From an uncultured Acidobacteriota bacterium (lineage in GTDB: Bacteria > Acidobacteriota > Vicinamibacteria > Vicinamibacterales > 2-12-FULL-66-21): a stretch of DNA of 64,000 nucleotides. Below, piece by piece: positions 27,134 through 36,490 of this stretch (its first letter is position 1; each line of letters begins with the position of its first letter). The notes under the pieces are model-generated. The model did not search any database and was not told the DNA's origin. It saw nothing but the letters and a program-made list of their open reading frames with translations. The stretch is from contig CAWAYH010000011.1 of the NCBI GenBank assembly GCA_963786195.1, positions 374,781-438,780 on the forward strand. Reading direction: 5' to 3'. The position numbers and the translations under genes are program-made.

Positions 27134-27315
27134 AGTATCCACCCGATCGGTCCGTTGCCGCTCGCCATCGGGTCGCCCAGCCAGCTGGGCGGGGTGAGCC
27201 AGACGAACGCCAGAATCGCGATCACCATGAGGTCGTACTGCCAGGTCGCGCGGTCGTAGGTCCAGAAAAAGGCGTTCCAGAGGATGCGGGCCGGGAGCGT
27301 CGCGGCGCGCTTCAC
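27112..27315 (-). CDS. Small hydrophobic protein (67 aa), translationally coupled to the upstream phosphatidyltransferase gene
   Basis: The last 67 codons of track ORF 27112..27492, starting at a GTG that overlaps the upstream TGA (GTGA at 27312-27315): VKRAATLPARILWNAFFWTYDRATWQYDLMVIAILAFVWLTPPSWLGDP... The N-terminal part of the track ORF is shadow. Confidence 0.45.
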   Translation of the reverse strand: MKRAATLPARILWNAFFWTYDRATWQYDLMVIAILAFVWLTPPSWLGDPMASGNGPIGWILAILNAE

Positions 27316-27914
27316 GCCAGCGCCTCCTGCTGCGTATCGCGCAGCTCGCGGTAGGTGTAGATGATCCGGTCGGCCACGGTGAAGACCGACAGGATCAGGA
27401 TGACCCACATGACGGCGGCCATGCGGTTCGTGAAGGCGCCGATCATGAAGAGCACGATCCGCTCGGGCCGCTCCATGAATCCCACCTTGCACTTCCGGAT
27501 CAGCGACTCGGCCCGCGCGCGGGTGTAGCTCGTCATGATCGCGAACATCATCGCGAGCGCGGTGATCATCACGTAGTCGGTCCGGCCTTTCTGCGAGTAC
27601 AGGTAGATCAGGCCGATGAAGAGCGAGATGTCGGAGAAGCGATCGATCACCGAGTCCCAGAAACCGCCGAACGCGCTCACGGCCTTCAGCTCCACGGCGA
27701 CCTTGCCGTCGATGAAGTCGAAGATGTTGGCAATCACCATGATGACGCCGGCGGTGACGAACCGTCCCAGGCCCAGGGCACAGGCGGCCGCGGCGTTGAT
27801 GAGGACGCCGACGAACGTCAGGACGTTCGGCGGAATTCGCAGCGCCACGCAGGCGCGGATGATCAGCTGCAGCGGGAAGAGGCAGATCTGTCCGATGAGG
27901 CCGGTGAACGTCAT
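27312..27914 (-). CDS. CDP-alcohol phosphatidyltransferase family protein
   Basis: Track ORF 27312..28067: DFIDGKVAVELKAVSAFGGFWDSVIDRFSD matches the DGx2ARx8Gx3Dx3D-type motif. Start placed at ATG 27914 (MTFTGLIGQICLF...) to avoid overlapping uvrC. Confidence 0.8.
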   Translation of the reverse strand: MTFTGLIGQICLFPLQLIIRACVALRIPPNVLTFVGVLINAAAACALGLGRFVTAGVIMVIANIFDFIDGKVAVELKAVSAFGGFWDSVIDRFSDISLFIGLIYLYSQKGRTDYVMITALAMMFAIMTSYTRARAESLIRKCKVGFMERPERIVLFMIGAFTNRMAAVMWVILILSVFTVADRIIYTYRELRDTQQEALA

Positions 27915-27987
27915 CTGGAGGACATCATCTGGAGCGTCCGCGCTCGCGTTATAATGAAAGGTTCCAACACACTCGCAGAAACGCCGA

Positions 27988-29922
27988 GTGTACCGCATGC
28001 CGATTCGTGATCTCAAGACCCAGATCGCCCGCCTGCCTGAGCAACCTGGCGTGTACCTGTTCTCCAACGGGGCCGGCGAGATGCTCTATGTGGGCAAAGC
28101 GCGCGTCCTGCGCGACCGCGTCCGCAGCTACCTGGGCGCGCACGGCGTCAGCCCGCGCATCGACGCGCTCCTGGACGAAGCCGCGCGGCTCGAGGTCATC
28201 GTCACCGACTCGGTCATGGAGGCGCTGGCGCTCGAGAATCATCTCATCAAGCAGCGTACACCGCGCTACAACATCCTGCTGCGCGACGACAAGAACTACC
28301 CGTATCTGCAGTTGACGACCGGCGAAGCGTTCCCGCGCGTGCTGGTGGCCCGGCGCGTCGAGCGCGACGACCATTATTACGCCGGCCCCTTCCTCCCCGC
28401 GTCGCTCGGGCGGCGGACGATGGGCCTGACGCATCGGCTGTTCGGGATCCGCTCGTGCAACGAGGTGATCACCGGCGAGCGCGGACGCCCTTGCCTCGAA
28501 TACGACATCAAGCGGTGCCTGGCGCCCTGCGTGCGCGAGTTGTGCTCGCCGGAGGAGTACCGCGTCGCGGTCGATCACACGAAGCTGTTCCTCGAGGGGC
28601 GCAACGACGAGGTGGTCGCCGGGTTGAGGGAGCGCATGGCCGACGCGGCCAACGGCGAGCGGTTCGAGCAGGCCGCGCAACTGCGCGACGCCATCCGGAC
28701 GATCGAGACCCTGGGCACCCGCCAGCAGAAAATGGCAAGCGCCGAGCTGGGCGATAGAGACGCGTTCGGCCTGAAGGTCGGCGCCGCAGGCGCCGTCGTC
28801 GAGATCTTTCAGGTCCGCCGCGGCCGCGTGCTCGAGCGCGTCGAGCTCGTGACCGACGATCAGGAGCAGCGCCGGTCGGCGTCGACGCCGCTCGGGCCCG
28901 CGGACCGCGGTCCGCTGTCTCACGACGCCCTCTCAGACCGGAGTGCCGAGGTCGTTCAGGCGGCGCTCCAGCAGTTCTATCAGGATCGCGTCCCGCCGCC
29001 GGAAATCCACCTGCCGCTGACACTCGCCGAGGCCGACACGGAGATGCTCGAAGGCTGGCTGTCGGAGCAGGCCGGCGGCCGCGTGCGCATCGTCGTGCCG
29101 AAGCGCGGCGAAAAGCGCGGTCTCCTCGACCTCGCGGCCAGAAACGCCGAGGTGGCCTACCAGCAGCGGTTCAACCAGAATCTCGCCGCGCACTACGACG
29201 CGCTCGAAACGCTCCGCGCCGTTCTGGTGCTGCCGGCCGTCCCGCGCCGCATCGAGTGCTTCGACATCTCGACGATCCAGGGCAGCGAGACGGTGGCATC
29301 GATGGTCGTGTGCGAGGACGGCCGCATGCGCCGCGGCGACTACCGGAAGTTCAAGATCAGAGGCCTGACGGCGCCCGCCGGTCGGCGCCCGGCGCTCGGA
29401 GAAAGCGAGTCCCGACAGCAAGATGACTTCGCCGCGATGCACGAAGTTGTCCTGCGCCGCTATCGGCGCGTGCTCGAAGCCGGCGGACCCTTTCCGGATC
29501 TGATCCTCATCGACGGCGGCAAGGGTCAGCTGAGCGCCGCCTACATGGCGCTGGAGGAGCTGGGCCTCGGCCGGTTGATTGCGGTGGGCATCGCGAAGAA
29601 GGAAGAGCTGCTCTTTACGCGCGATCGTTCCGACGCGCTGGCGCTGCCGACCGACAGCCCCGCGTTGCTCCTCATTCAACAGATTCGCGACGAGGCGCAT
29701 CGCTTCGCCGTCACGTTCCACCGTCTGTCACGCACGAAGCGTGACCTCGGGTCGGAGCTCGACGCCGTCGGCGGCGTAGGTCCTCGCCGCCGGAAGGCAC
29801 TGCTCACCGCATTCGGCAGCCTGGCCGGCGTCAGGCGCGCCACGCGCGAAGAGCTCGCCCGGGTCGTCGGCGCGAAAGTTGCCGACGCCGTACTCGCGCA
29901 CTTCGGGTCGCACCGCGCTTGA
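27988..29922 (+). CDS. uvrC: Excinuclease ABC subunit C
   Basis: ORF 27988..29922 (alternative ATG at 27997): LPEQPGVYLFSN..GEMLYVGKARVLRDRVRSY (GIY-YIG), the UVR domain ERFEQAAQLRDAI, and a C-terminal HhH. 644 aa. Confidence 0.95.
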   Translation: MYRMPIRDLKTQIARLPEQPGVYLFSNGAGEMLYVGKARVLRDRVRSYLGAHGVSPRIDALLDEAARLEVIVTDSVMEALALENHLIKQRTPRYNILLRDDKNYPYLQLTTGEAFPRVLVARRVERDDHYYAGPFLPASLGRRTMGLTHRLFGIRSCNEVITGERGRPCLEYDIKRCLAPCVRELCSPEEYRVAVDHTKLFLEGRNDEVVAGLRERMADAANGERFEQAAQLRDAIRTIETLGTRQQKMASAELGDRDAFGLKVGAAGAVVEIFQVRRGRVLERVELVTDDQEQRRSASTPLGPADRGPLSHDALSDRSAEVVQAALQQFYQDRVPPPEIHLPLTLAEADTEMLEGWLSEQAGGRVRIVVPKRGEKRGLLDLAARNAEVAYQQRFNQNLAAHYDALETLRAVLVLPAVPRRIECFDISTIQGSETVASMVVCEDGRMRRGDYRKFKIRGLTAPAGRRPALGESESRQQDDFAAMHEVVLRRYRRVLEAGGPFPDLILIDGGKGQLSAAYMALEELGLGRLIAVGIAKKEELLFTRDRSDALALPTDSPALLLIQQIRDEAHRFAVTFHRLSRTKRDLGSELDAVGGVGPRRRKALLTAFGSLAGVRRATREELARVVGAKVADAVLAHFGSHRA

Positions 29923-30018
29923 TAAACATGCGGCGATGCCGTACCCTCATCACCATTCCTCGGCTGGTGAAATCAACTGCCGCTCAATCTGACATCGCTC
30001 GTCATCCCCATCGCGATT

Positions 30019-30624
30019 GTGTTGCTGTCGTTGACGGTGCACGAGGCGGCGCATGCGTGGACAGCCGATCGGTTGGGTGACCCGACCGCGCGCATGCTCG
30101 GCCGCGTGTCGTTCAATCCGATCGTCCACATCGACTTGATTGGAACGGTGATTCTGCCGCTGCTGGCGGCCGTCAGCGGCCTGCCGATCATCGGCTGGGC
30201 GAAGCCGGTACCGGTCAACATCACGCGGTTGCGACACCCGCGGCGCGATTTCGTGCTGGTGGCGGCGGCCGGACCGGCGAGCAACCTGCTGCTGGCGACG
30301 CTGGCCGCGATCGTCTACCGGGCCGTGTACGCCACGATCGACTCGTCCAACGACACTTACATGATTCAGTCCGGTCTTCTGGCAGGCGTGTGCATCGCGG
30401 CCGTGCACATCAATATCCTGCTGGCGCTGTTCAACCTGATCCCCGTGCCTCCGCTCGACGGCGGGAACGTGCTGGCGGGCCTGCTGCCGCCGCAGGCCGC
30501 CAGGGTCTTCATCGGTCTGCGGCAATTCGGGTTTATCATTCTCTACCTGCTGATGTTCAGCGGTGTGCTCAGCGAGCTGATCGTGCCGCCGGCGCTCTTC
30601 CTCGAGGGGCTGCTCCTTCCGTGA
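30019..30624 (+). CDS. Site-2 protease family zinc metallopeptidase (peptidase M50)
   Basis: ORF 30019..30624: LTVHEAAHAW (HExxH), NPIVHIDLIGTVILPLL, FNLIPVPPLDGGNVL. The true start may be a few codons upstream (non-ATG). Confidence 0.8.
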   Translation: MLLSLTVHEAAHAWTADRLGDPTARMLGRVSFNPIVHIDLIGTVILPLLAAVSGLPIIGWAKPVPVNITRLRHPRRDFVLVAAAGPASNLLLATLAAIVYRAVYATIDSSNDTYMIQSGLLAGVCIAAVHINILLALFNLIPVPPLDGGNVLAGLLPPQAARVFIGLRQFGFIILYLLMFSGVLSELIVPPALFLEGLLLP

Positions 30625-31613
30625 AACCACGTGTCGTCTCGGGCATGCGCCCGACAGGCAAGCTGCACCTGGGTCATCTCGTCGGCGCGCTGAACAATTG
30701 GGCAGCGCTGCAGGACAAGTACGACTGTTTCTACTTCGTCGCCGACTGGCACGCGCTGACGAGCGACTACGCGGATACCTCGCACATCGTGCCCAGCGCG
30801 TACGACATGGTCGCTGACTGGATTGCGGCGGGGCTCGACCCCGAGCGCAGCACGCTGTTCGTTCAGTCGCTCGTGCCCGAGCACGCCGAACTGAACCTGC
30901 TGTTGTCGATGACGATCCCGATCCCCTGGCTGGAGCGGGTGCCGACCTACAAGGAGCAGATCGAGCAGCTCGCTGAAAAAGATCTGTCGACGCTCGGGTT
31001 CCTGGGCTACCCCCTGCTGCAGACGGCGGACATCATCATCTACGACGCGCACTACGTGCCCGTCGGCGAGGACCAGGTCCCGCACCTCGAGCTCAGCCGC
31101 GAGATCGTCCGGCGCTTTCACAATTTCTACGGTCAGCTCTTCGTCGAGCCGCAGCCGCTGCTGACGACCTTCCCGCGGCTGCCGGGGCTCGACAACCGGA
31201 AGATGTCCAAGAGCTACGCCAACACCATCGACGTCTCGGATGACGCGGAGACGGTCCGGAAGAAGGTCATGCAGATGTACACGGATCCGAACCGGGTCCG
31301 GGCGGATATCCCCGGCAATGTCGAAGGAAACCCCGTCTTCATGTACCATGACGCATTCAATCCGGACACTGCGGAAGTCGAGGATTTGAAGACGCGGTAT
31401 CGTGCCGGCAAAGTCGGCGACGTCGAGGTGAAGACGAAGCTGGCGAAAGCGCTGAACGCCTACATGGATCCGATTCGGGCGAGGAGAGCAGACGTGACGA
31501 AAAACCCGTCGTCGGTCCGCGAGATTCTGCACGAGGGATCGAAAAAGGCGCGCGCGGTGGCGACCGAGACGATGGAGCGGGTGCGATCGGCGGTCAAGCT
31601 CGTGTATCGGTAA
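30621..31613 (+). CDS. trpS: Tryptophan--tRNA ligase
   Basis: Track ORF 30390..31613. The family start VKPRVVSGMRPTGKLHLGHLVGAL (HIGH-type motif) is at GTG 30621, overlapping the M50 stop (GTGA). KMSKS is present (RKMSKSYAN). 330 aa. Confidence 0.95.
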   Translation: MKPRVVSGMRPTGKLHLGHLVGALNNWAALQDKYDCFYFVADWHALTSDYADTSHIVPSAYDMVADWIAAGLDPERSTLFVQSLVPEHAELNLLLSMTIPIPWLERVPTYKEQIEQLAEKDLSTLGFLGYPLLQTADIIIYDAHYVPVGEDQVPHLELSREIVRRFHNFYGQLFVEPQPLLTTFPRLPGLDNRKMSKSYANTIDVSDDAETVRKKVMQMYTDPNRVRADIPGNVEGNPVFMYHDAFNPDTAEVEDLKTRYRAGKVGDVEVKTKLAKALNAYMDPIRARRADVTKNPSSVREILHEGSKKARAVATETMERVRSAVKLVYR

Positions 31614-31637
31614 GCTCGGCTCAGGGATCGAGACCAC

Positions 31638-32459
31638 GTGGAACACACGGAATTCGAATCCATTCTCGAAGCGTATCCGGTTCACCTCGACAACTTCGAG
31701 GGCCCGCTCGATCTGTTGCTGCACCTCATCAAGCAGAACGAGCTGAACATCTACGACATCCCCATCGCGCTCATCACGAAGCAGTATCTCGATTACATCG
31801 ACCTGATGCAGGAGATGAACCTGGACGTCGCGGGGGAATTCCTCGTCATGGCCGCGACGCTCATCCACATCAAGTCGCGGATGCTGCTGCCCCGGCCCGA
31901 TCCCGCGCAGGAAGACCCGGACGAGGATCCTCGAGAGGCGCTGGTGCGCCGCCTGCTGGAGCACCAGAAGTTCAAGGCCGCCGCCGAGCTCCTGCACGAG
32001 CGCGAGACGCTCCGCAGCGCTCAGTGGACGCGGCCCGACGGGCCGATCACCGAGATCGCCGGCGAGGCCCCGGAGCCCGAGATCGAGGTGGATCTCTTCA
32101 GCCTCATCTCGGCGTTCCGCGCAGTCGTCGAACGCTCGAAGCAGCGGCCGCGCGTCTATCTGCCCGGGGAGCAGATCCCGATTGAGGATCGGATCGAGCA
32201 GCTCCTCACGAAGCTCTCGGAGACCGAGGCCTGCGGCTTCGAGGATCTCTTCGCCGACGTGCAGACGCGCGCGGGCCTGATCGTGACGTTCCTCGCCCTG
32301 CTCGAGATGATCCGGCTCAAGCTGGTTCGCGTGTTCCAGGCCGGCGCCATGGGACCCATCCGCATCTACAAGCGTGCGCGGCCGGCCGACGCCCCCAAGC
32401 CGCTGCTGGATCCGGAACAACGGCACCTGGACGAATCGAAGGTTGAAGAAGAGGGATGA
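31638..32459 (+). CDS. scpA: Segregation and condensation protein A
   Basis: ORF 31638..32459: VHLDNFEGPLDLLLHLIKQNELNIYDIPIALITKQYLDYI. Confidence 0.9.
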   Translation: MEHTEFESILEAYPVHLDNFEGPLDLLLHLIKQNELNIYDIPIALITKQYLDYIDLMQEMNLDVAGEFLVMAATLIHIKSRMLLPRPDPAQEDPDEDPREALVRRLLEHQKFKAAAELLHERETLRSAQWTRPDGPITEIAGEAPEPEIEVDLFSLISAFRAVVERSKQRPRVYLPGEQIPIEDRIEQLLTKLSETEACGFEDLFADVQTRAGLIVTFLALLEMIRLKLVRVFQAGAMGPIRIYKRARPADAPKPLLDPEQRHLDESKVEEEG

Positions 32460-32463
32460 CGTC

Positions 32464-33075
32464 GTGTCCGATCATTTGAAGCCCATCATCGAAGCGCTCA
32501 TCTTCGCGTCGCCTGAGCCCCTGACGAAAAAGGCGCTCCATCGCCTCCTCAGCGACGAGCCCAAAGAGGACGTCGACGCGGCGCTGGCGTCCGTTCGCGC
32601 CGACTATGAGCGGCCTGGCGGCCTCCAGATCGTCGAGGTGGCCGGCGGCTACCAGATCGTCACGCGCGCCGAGCTGCATGACTGGGTGCGCAAGCTGTTC
32701 CACGAGCGGACGACGCAGAAGCTGTCGGTGCAGGCGCTCGAGACGCTCGCGGTCATCGCGTACAAGCAGCCGGTCACGGCCCCCGAGATTGCGGAGATCA
32801 GGGGCGTCAGCAGCAGCCTCGGCGTCCTGTCGACGCTCATCGAGCGACGATTGATCAAAGCGGTGGGCCGCAAGCAGGTCGTCGGGCGCCCGTTCATGTA
32901 CGCCACGACCCGGGAGTTCCTGGACCGCTTCGGTCTGAACGACCTCGCGGATCTGCCGAAGGTCGAGGACATGTCCGACGCGCTCGGCTTCGAGCTGCCG
33001 GATGCGCTGGCAACGGCGTCCACCGCGCCGTCCGCGCTCCCGTTCGAGGAGTCGCCGGACGAGACGGTACACTGA
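32464..33075 (+). CDS. scpB: Segregation and condensation protein B
   Basis: Track ORF 32374..33075. Conserved start VSDHLKPIIEALIFASPEPLT at GTG 32464. ...GGYQIVTR..., LSVQALETLAVIAYKQPVTAPEIAEIRGV. Confidence 0.9.
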   Translation: MSDHLKPIIEALIFASPEPLTKKALHRLLSDEPKEDVDAALASVRADYERPGGLQIVEVAGGYQIVTRAELHDWVRKLFHERTTQKLSVQALETLAVIAYKQPVTAPEIAEIRGVSSSLGVLSTLIERRLIKAVGRKQVVGRPFMYATTREFLDRFGLNDLADLPKVEDMSDALGFELPDALATASTAPSALPFEESPDETVH

Positions 33076-33079
33076 TGCG

Positions 33080-33893
33080 GTGATTCGCCTCCAGAAAATC
33101 CTCTCGTCCGCCGGCGTCGCCTCGCGGCGCGCGGCGGAGACGCTGATCACGCAAGGGCGCATCACCGTCAACGGCCAGACCGTCACCGAGCTGGGAACCA
33201 AGGCCGACCCCGAACGCGACGACATCCGGCTCGACGGCCGGCGCGTGAAACCGGTTCGCCGCAACCGCTACATCCTCCTGAACAAGCCGCGCGGTTACAT
33301 CACGAGCCGATCGGATCCGCAGCACCGGCCGACCGTCATCGACCTGCTGAAGGAAGGCGGCGTGGGGGAGTACATCTATCCGGTGGGGCGCCTCGACTAC
33401 GAATCAGAAGGGCTGCTGCTGCTGACGAGCGATGGCGAGCTGGCCGCCCGGCTGACGCATCCCCGCCACGGCGTCCCCCGCGAGTACCGAGGTCCGGGTG
33501 CGCGGCATTCCTGACCGACACGCGCTCGAACGGCTCGAACGCGGCATCGTGATCGACGGCCGTCGCACCGCGCCCGCTGAAGCTCGTCTCAAGCGATCGA
33601 CCGAAGTCCGGTCCGGCGAACAGGCGGTCATCTCGCTGGTGATTCACGAAGGCCGTCATCGTCAGGTCCGCAAGATGTGCGACGCCATCGGACACCCCGT
33701 CGTCCGACTGCGCAGGGTCCGCATCGGACCCATTCAGGACGATCGGCTTCGCCCCGGCGCGTTCAGAGACCTTACCGAGAGGGAGGTCGCCGCGCTGAAA
33801 CGCGCGGCGGCTACTGCAGCACCCCTGCCCAGAAGCGAACCAGCCGCCAGATATCGGACGTCTGGGAGGCGCGATCGACCTCGGCGTGGGTGA
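33080..33893 (+). pseudogene. rluB: 23S rRNA pseudouridine synthase, RsuA/RluB family; one extra base as assembled
   Basis: S4 domain: IRLQKILSSAGVASRRAAETLI. Catalytic PVGRLDYESEGLLLLTSDG...HPRHGVPREY in ORF 33002..33514, then EVRVRGIPDRHALERLERGIVIDG...HEGRHRQVRKM in ORF 33498..33893. The join needs removal of one c at 33487/33488 (tac c gag gtc). The 3' end is uncertain (80-nt convergent overlap). Confidence 0.8.
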
Positions 33894-35031
33894 TGAGGGG
33901 CGTCGAGAGTTGGTGGACCGAGGCGCCCCGCTTGCGCAGCTCGTCGGCAAGCAGGACGGATTCCACGGCCGGAATAACGTTGTCCTCCGCGCCATGCAGG
34001 AGATAGACCTCCGCTGACGGCGGCGGCGAGAGCGACGGCGACAACGCGGCGTCGCCACCGAACGCCGAGACGTGCGGCAGCAGGATCGGTCCCAGATGCT
34101 TCACGTCGCGATCGTTGACGTATCCCATCAGCGTGCGCGACGGCTCCGGCAGCGCCTGGCCCATCGCGCGCGCGTGTTCGAACTCCGCCGCTGATGTTGC
34201 CTTGTCGATCAGGTCGAGCCTCGACGCGTCGAGAAACGTCAGCAGGGCGGCGCGCAGCGGCTCGACCTGCTCCGCCGGCACGACGCGGTCGGCGACGCCG
34301 AGCAGGATGATGACCACGCCGTAGTCGTGCGGCGGTCGCTCGCTGCCGTCGGGCTGCACGCCCGTGCAGAGATACCGCAGCGTTCGGGACAGGTTCCCGT
34401 GGCCCCCGAAGGACAGGACGAGCGTCACATGATCGCGGAGCGCAGGGCGTCCCGCAGCCACGATCGACAGCCCGCCGGCAAAACTGATTCCCATCATCCC
34501 GATCCGTCCGTCCGGCGCGAGATCGGGTTGACGAGAAACCCACAGAGCGGCGTCTTCGAGCGCGTCGGTCGTTTGCGGGGTGATGGTGTACTTCGCCAGC
34601 TCGGGCGGTCCGACGGTGATGACGGGATGTCCCATCGACGCGATGTCACGAGCGAACCCGATCAGGCGGGGCTCCTCGACGCCCGACGCGTGGACGCCGG
34701 GAACGAGCAGAAACGTGCGTCGCGCGCTGCCGACGGGCTGATACCGTCGCGCCGGCAGCGGGCCGACGCGCGAGGGAATCGTCAACGCCTCCTCGCGGAC
34801 GTCTTCGCTCTCCCACGCGGCCACCGTCCGCGCGATCCCCTGCATGCCCGCCGCCTGCACGACGAACGCCGCGCCGCGCACGTAGTCGCGCCCGACGACG
34901 TAACCGCCGGAGGCAATCAGCAGAGGAGCCGCGATGAGGATGGCCGCGCGACGGCCCGGTCGCATAGCGGAGGATAATAGCAGTGTGAGACGCCTCATCA
35001 TCGCCATCGACGGGCCGTCGGGCGCCGGCAA
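33811..35031 (-). CDS. Alpha/beta-hydrolase-fold protein with N-terminal TM/signal segment
   Basis: ORF 33811..35031: GMMGISFAGGLS (nucleophile-elbow GxSxG-like), ...LLHGAEDNVIP. The start is uncertain (ATGs at 35031, 35007, 34998 and 34965 all possible; upstream ones overlap cmk). Confidence 0.55.
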   Translation of the reverse strand: MPAPDGPSMAMMRRLTLLLSSAMRPGRRAAILIAAPLLIASGGYVVGRDYVRGAAFVVQAAGMQGIARTVAAWESEDVREEALTIPSRVGPLPARRYQPVGSARRTFLLVPGVHASGVEEPRLIGFARDIASMGHPVITVGPPELAKYTITPQTTDALEDAALWVSRQPDLAPDGRIGMMGISFAGGLSIVAAGRPALRDHVTLVLSFGGHGNLSRTLRYLCTGVQPDGSERPPHDYGVVIILLGVADRVVPAEQVEPLRAALLTFLDASRLDLIDKATSAAEFEHARAMGQALPEPSRTLMGYVNDRDVKHLGPILLPHVSAFGGDAALSPSLSPPPSAEVYLLHGAEDNVIPAVESVLLADELRKRGASVHQLSTPLITHAEVDRASQTSDIWRLVRFWAGVLQ

Positions 35032-35656
35032 GGGTACGGTCGCGCGCGCAGTGGCCTTGCGTCTGGGCTATCGGCACATCGACACGGGCGCGATGTATCG
35101 GGCGGTCGCCTGGAAGGCCCTGGAGCTGTCGATCGCGCTGTCGGACGAGGACGCCCTGGCGGATCTCGCGCAGCGGGCGCGCATCGAGGTCGGCGACGGG
35201 GTCGTCACTATTGACGGCGAGGACGTGGCCAAGGCGATCCGCACGCCGCAAATCGATCAGGCATCGGCGGCGGTGTCGAAGCAGCCTCGAGTGCGCGAGG
35301 CGCTGGTTCGACAGCAGCAGCTGCTGGGTCAGGGCGGAGGCGTGGTGATTGAGGGACGTGACATCGGGACCGTCGTGTTTCCGGGTGCCGACCTCAAGAT
35401 CTATCTTGACGCGGCACCTCACGAACGTGCACGCCGTCGGGCGCAGGATCCGGCGCACGCGTCGAGCCAGGGAGGCGTGGCGGTCGATCAGGTGGCAACC
35501 GCGCTCGAGTCGCGCGATCACAGCGATCGGACCCGCGCGGCGTCGCCACTCGCCAAGGCCAGCGACGCCGTCGAAATCGACACGACGACTCTATCGATTG
35601 AAGAAGTGATCGAGCGCGTGCTCGCGCTCGTCAGGGGCCTCTTGCAGGCGGGTTAG
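34985..35656 (+). CDS. cmk: Cytidylate kinase
   Basis: Track ORF 34934..35656. Family start VRRLIIAIDGPSGAGKGTVARAVALRLGYRHIDTGAMYRAVA at GTG 34985. Confidence 0.9.
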   Translation: MRRLIIAIDGPSGAGKGTVARAVALRLGYRHIDTGAMYRAVAWKALELSIALSDEDALADLAQRARIEVGDGVVTIDGEDVAKAIRTPQIDQASAAVSKQPRVREALVRQQQLLGQGGGVVIEGRDIGTVVFPGADLKIYLDAAPHERARRRAQDPAHASSQGGVAVDQVATALESRDHSDRTRAASPLAKASDAVEIDTTTLSIEEVIERVLALVRGLLQAG

Positions 35657-36351
35657 CGGTCCTTCCAGTCGTCGGACGACGCCGGATCCAGTTCCCAGCG
35701 ATGGCGATCGCGCTCGGTGATCTTGTCCGCCGCCTTCAACTCCTCGTTGTCCTGGTACTCGACGCCCAGCGCCTTGCCGATGTCGTCGACCACGTCCTGA
35801 TCCGGTGTGGGGTTGTCGCCGCCGGGGGCCTCGTCTCCGACCGAATACGCATCCTGCCAATCAGCATCCACGTCGCCGCCGGTGAGGACCGGGCTCGTCT
35901 CGTTGTGTTCCAGGCGCTCTTCCTGCATCTCATGCCGTCCCGATCGCGCGGCAGACGGAGTCCGGTCCAGGTCGAGTGACGACGGCGGCGTCGGCACGTT
36001 CTCTTCGACCTCACGGAGCTGACGGCGAACGCGCTCGAGCCCCGGCGGATGCCGAGGCCGGGCCGCCCGCAACGGGTCCACGCCAGGAATGGCCGGTTTC
36101 CGGGCCGCCTTCGGACGGGCTTCGCGAACTGCCGGGGTCGCAACCCTGCGCGGCTTGGTGGCGGAAGCGGGGCGGCCGCGCTTGGTGGAACGTTTTCTCG
36201 CCCTGGTGGTGACTCTGGTCGCGGCTCGTCGAGCCTTGGGTCTGGATCGCTGCGTCTTCCGATTTCGGGTGGCCGACCGGGCTCTTGCCGGGGCCCGTCG
36301 CTTTGCCTGCGCTCGCCGTTCTTTTCGCCGTGGCCTCCGTCGTGTCGCCAT
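35653..36351 (-). CDS. Hypothetical protein with an extremely basic Arg/Lys/Ala/Thr/Pro N-terminal half and an acidic conserved-looking C-terminal half
   Basis: ORF 35653..36351: MATRRRPRRKERRAQAKRRAPARARSATRNRK... then ...LTGGDVDADWQDAYSVGDEAPGGDNPTPDQDVVDDIGKALGVEYQDNEELK...RDRHRWELDPASSDDW. Confidence 0.55.
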   Translation of the reverse strand: MATRRRPRRKERRAQAKRRAPARARSATRNRKTQRSRPKARRAATRVTTRARKRSTKRGRPASATKPRRVATPAVREARPKAARKPAIPGVDPLRAARPRHPPGLERVRRQLREVEENVPTPPSSLDLDRTPSAARSGRHEMQEERLEHNETSPVLTGGDVDADWQDAYSVGDEAPGGDNPTPDQDVVDDIGKALGVEYQDNEELKAADKITERDRHRWELDPASSDDWKDR

Positions 36352-36373
36352 TGGCTTCGGTCTCCAGCTCAGG

Positions 36374-36403
36374 TTGACTCAGCGGCTCTAAGTGATGTAT
36401 CTT
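36374..36403 (+). promoter_or_regulatory. Candidate sigma-70-type promoter for rpsA
   Basis: TTGACT (36374-36379), 18-nt spacer, TATCTT (36398-36403), about 88 nt before the rpsA ATG. Pattern match only. Confidence 0.3.
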
Positions 36404-36490
36404 CTACTGCTTATCGCGAATCAAAGCGATGCACACTACAGCCCGCCGGAGCTGAGATCCGGCAAGCACGATCGAGGAGGACCCGTTTCG

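Noticed and set aside
30543-32426. 627-aa minus-strand ORF
   Set aside because: Antisense to trpS and scpA, both of which have unmistakable family motifs on the plus strand.
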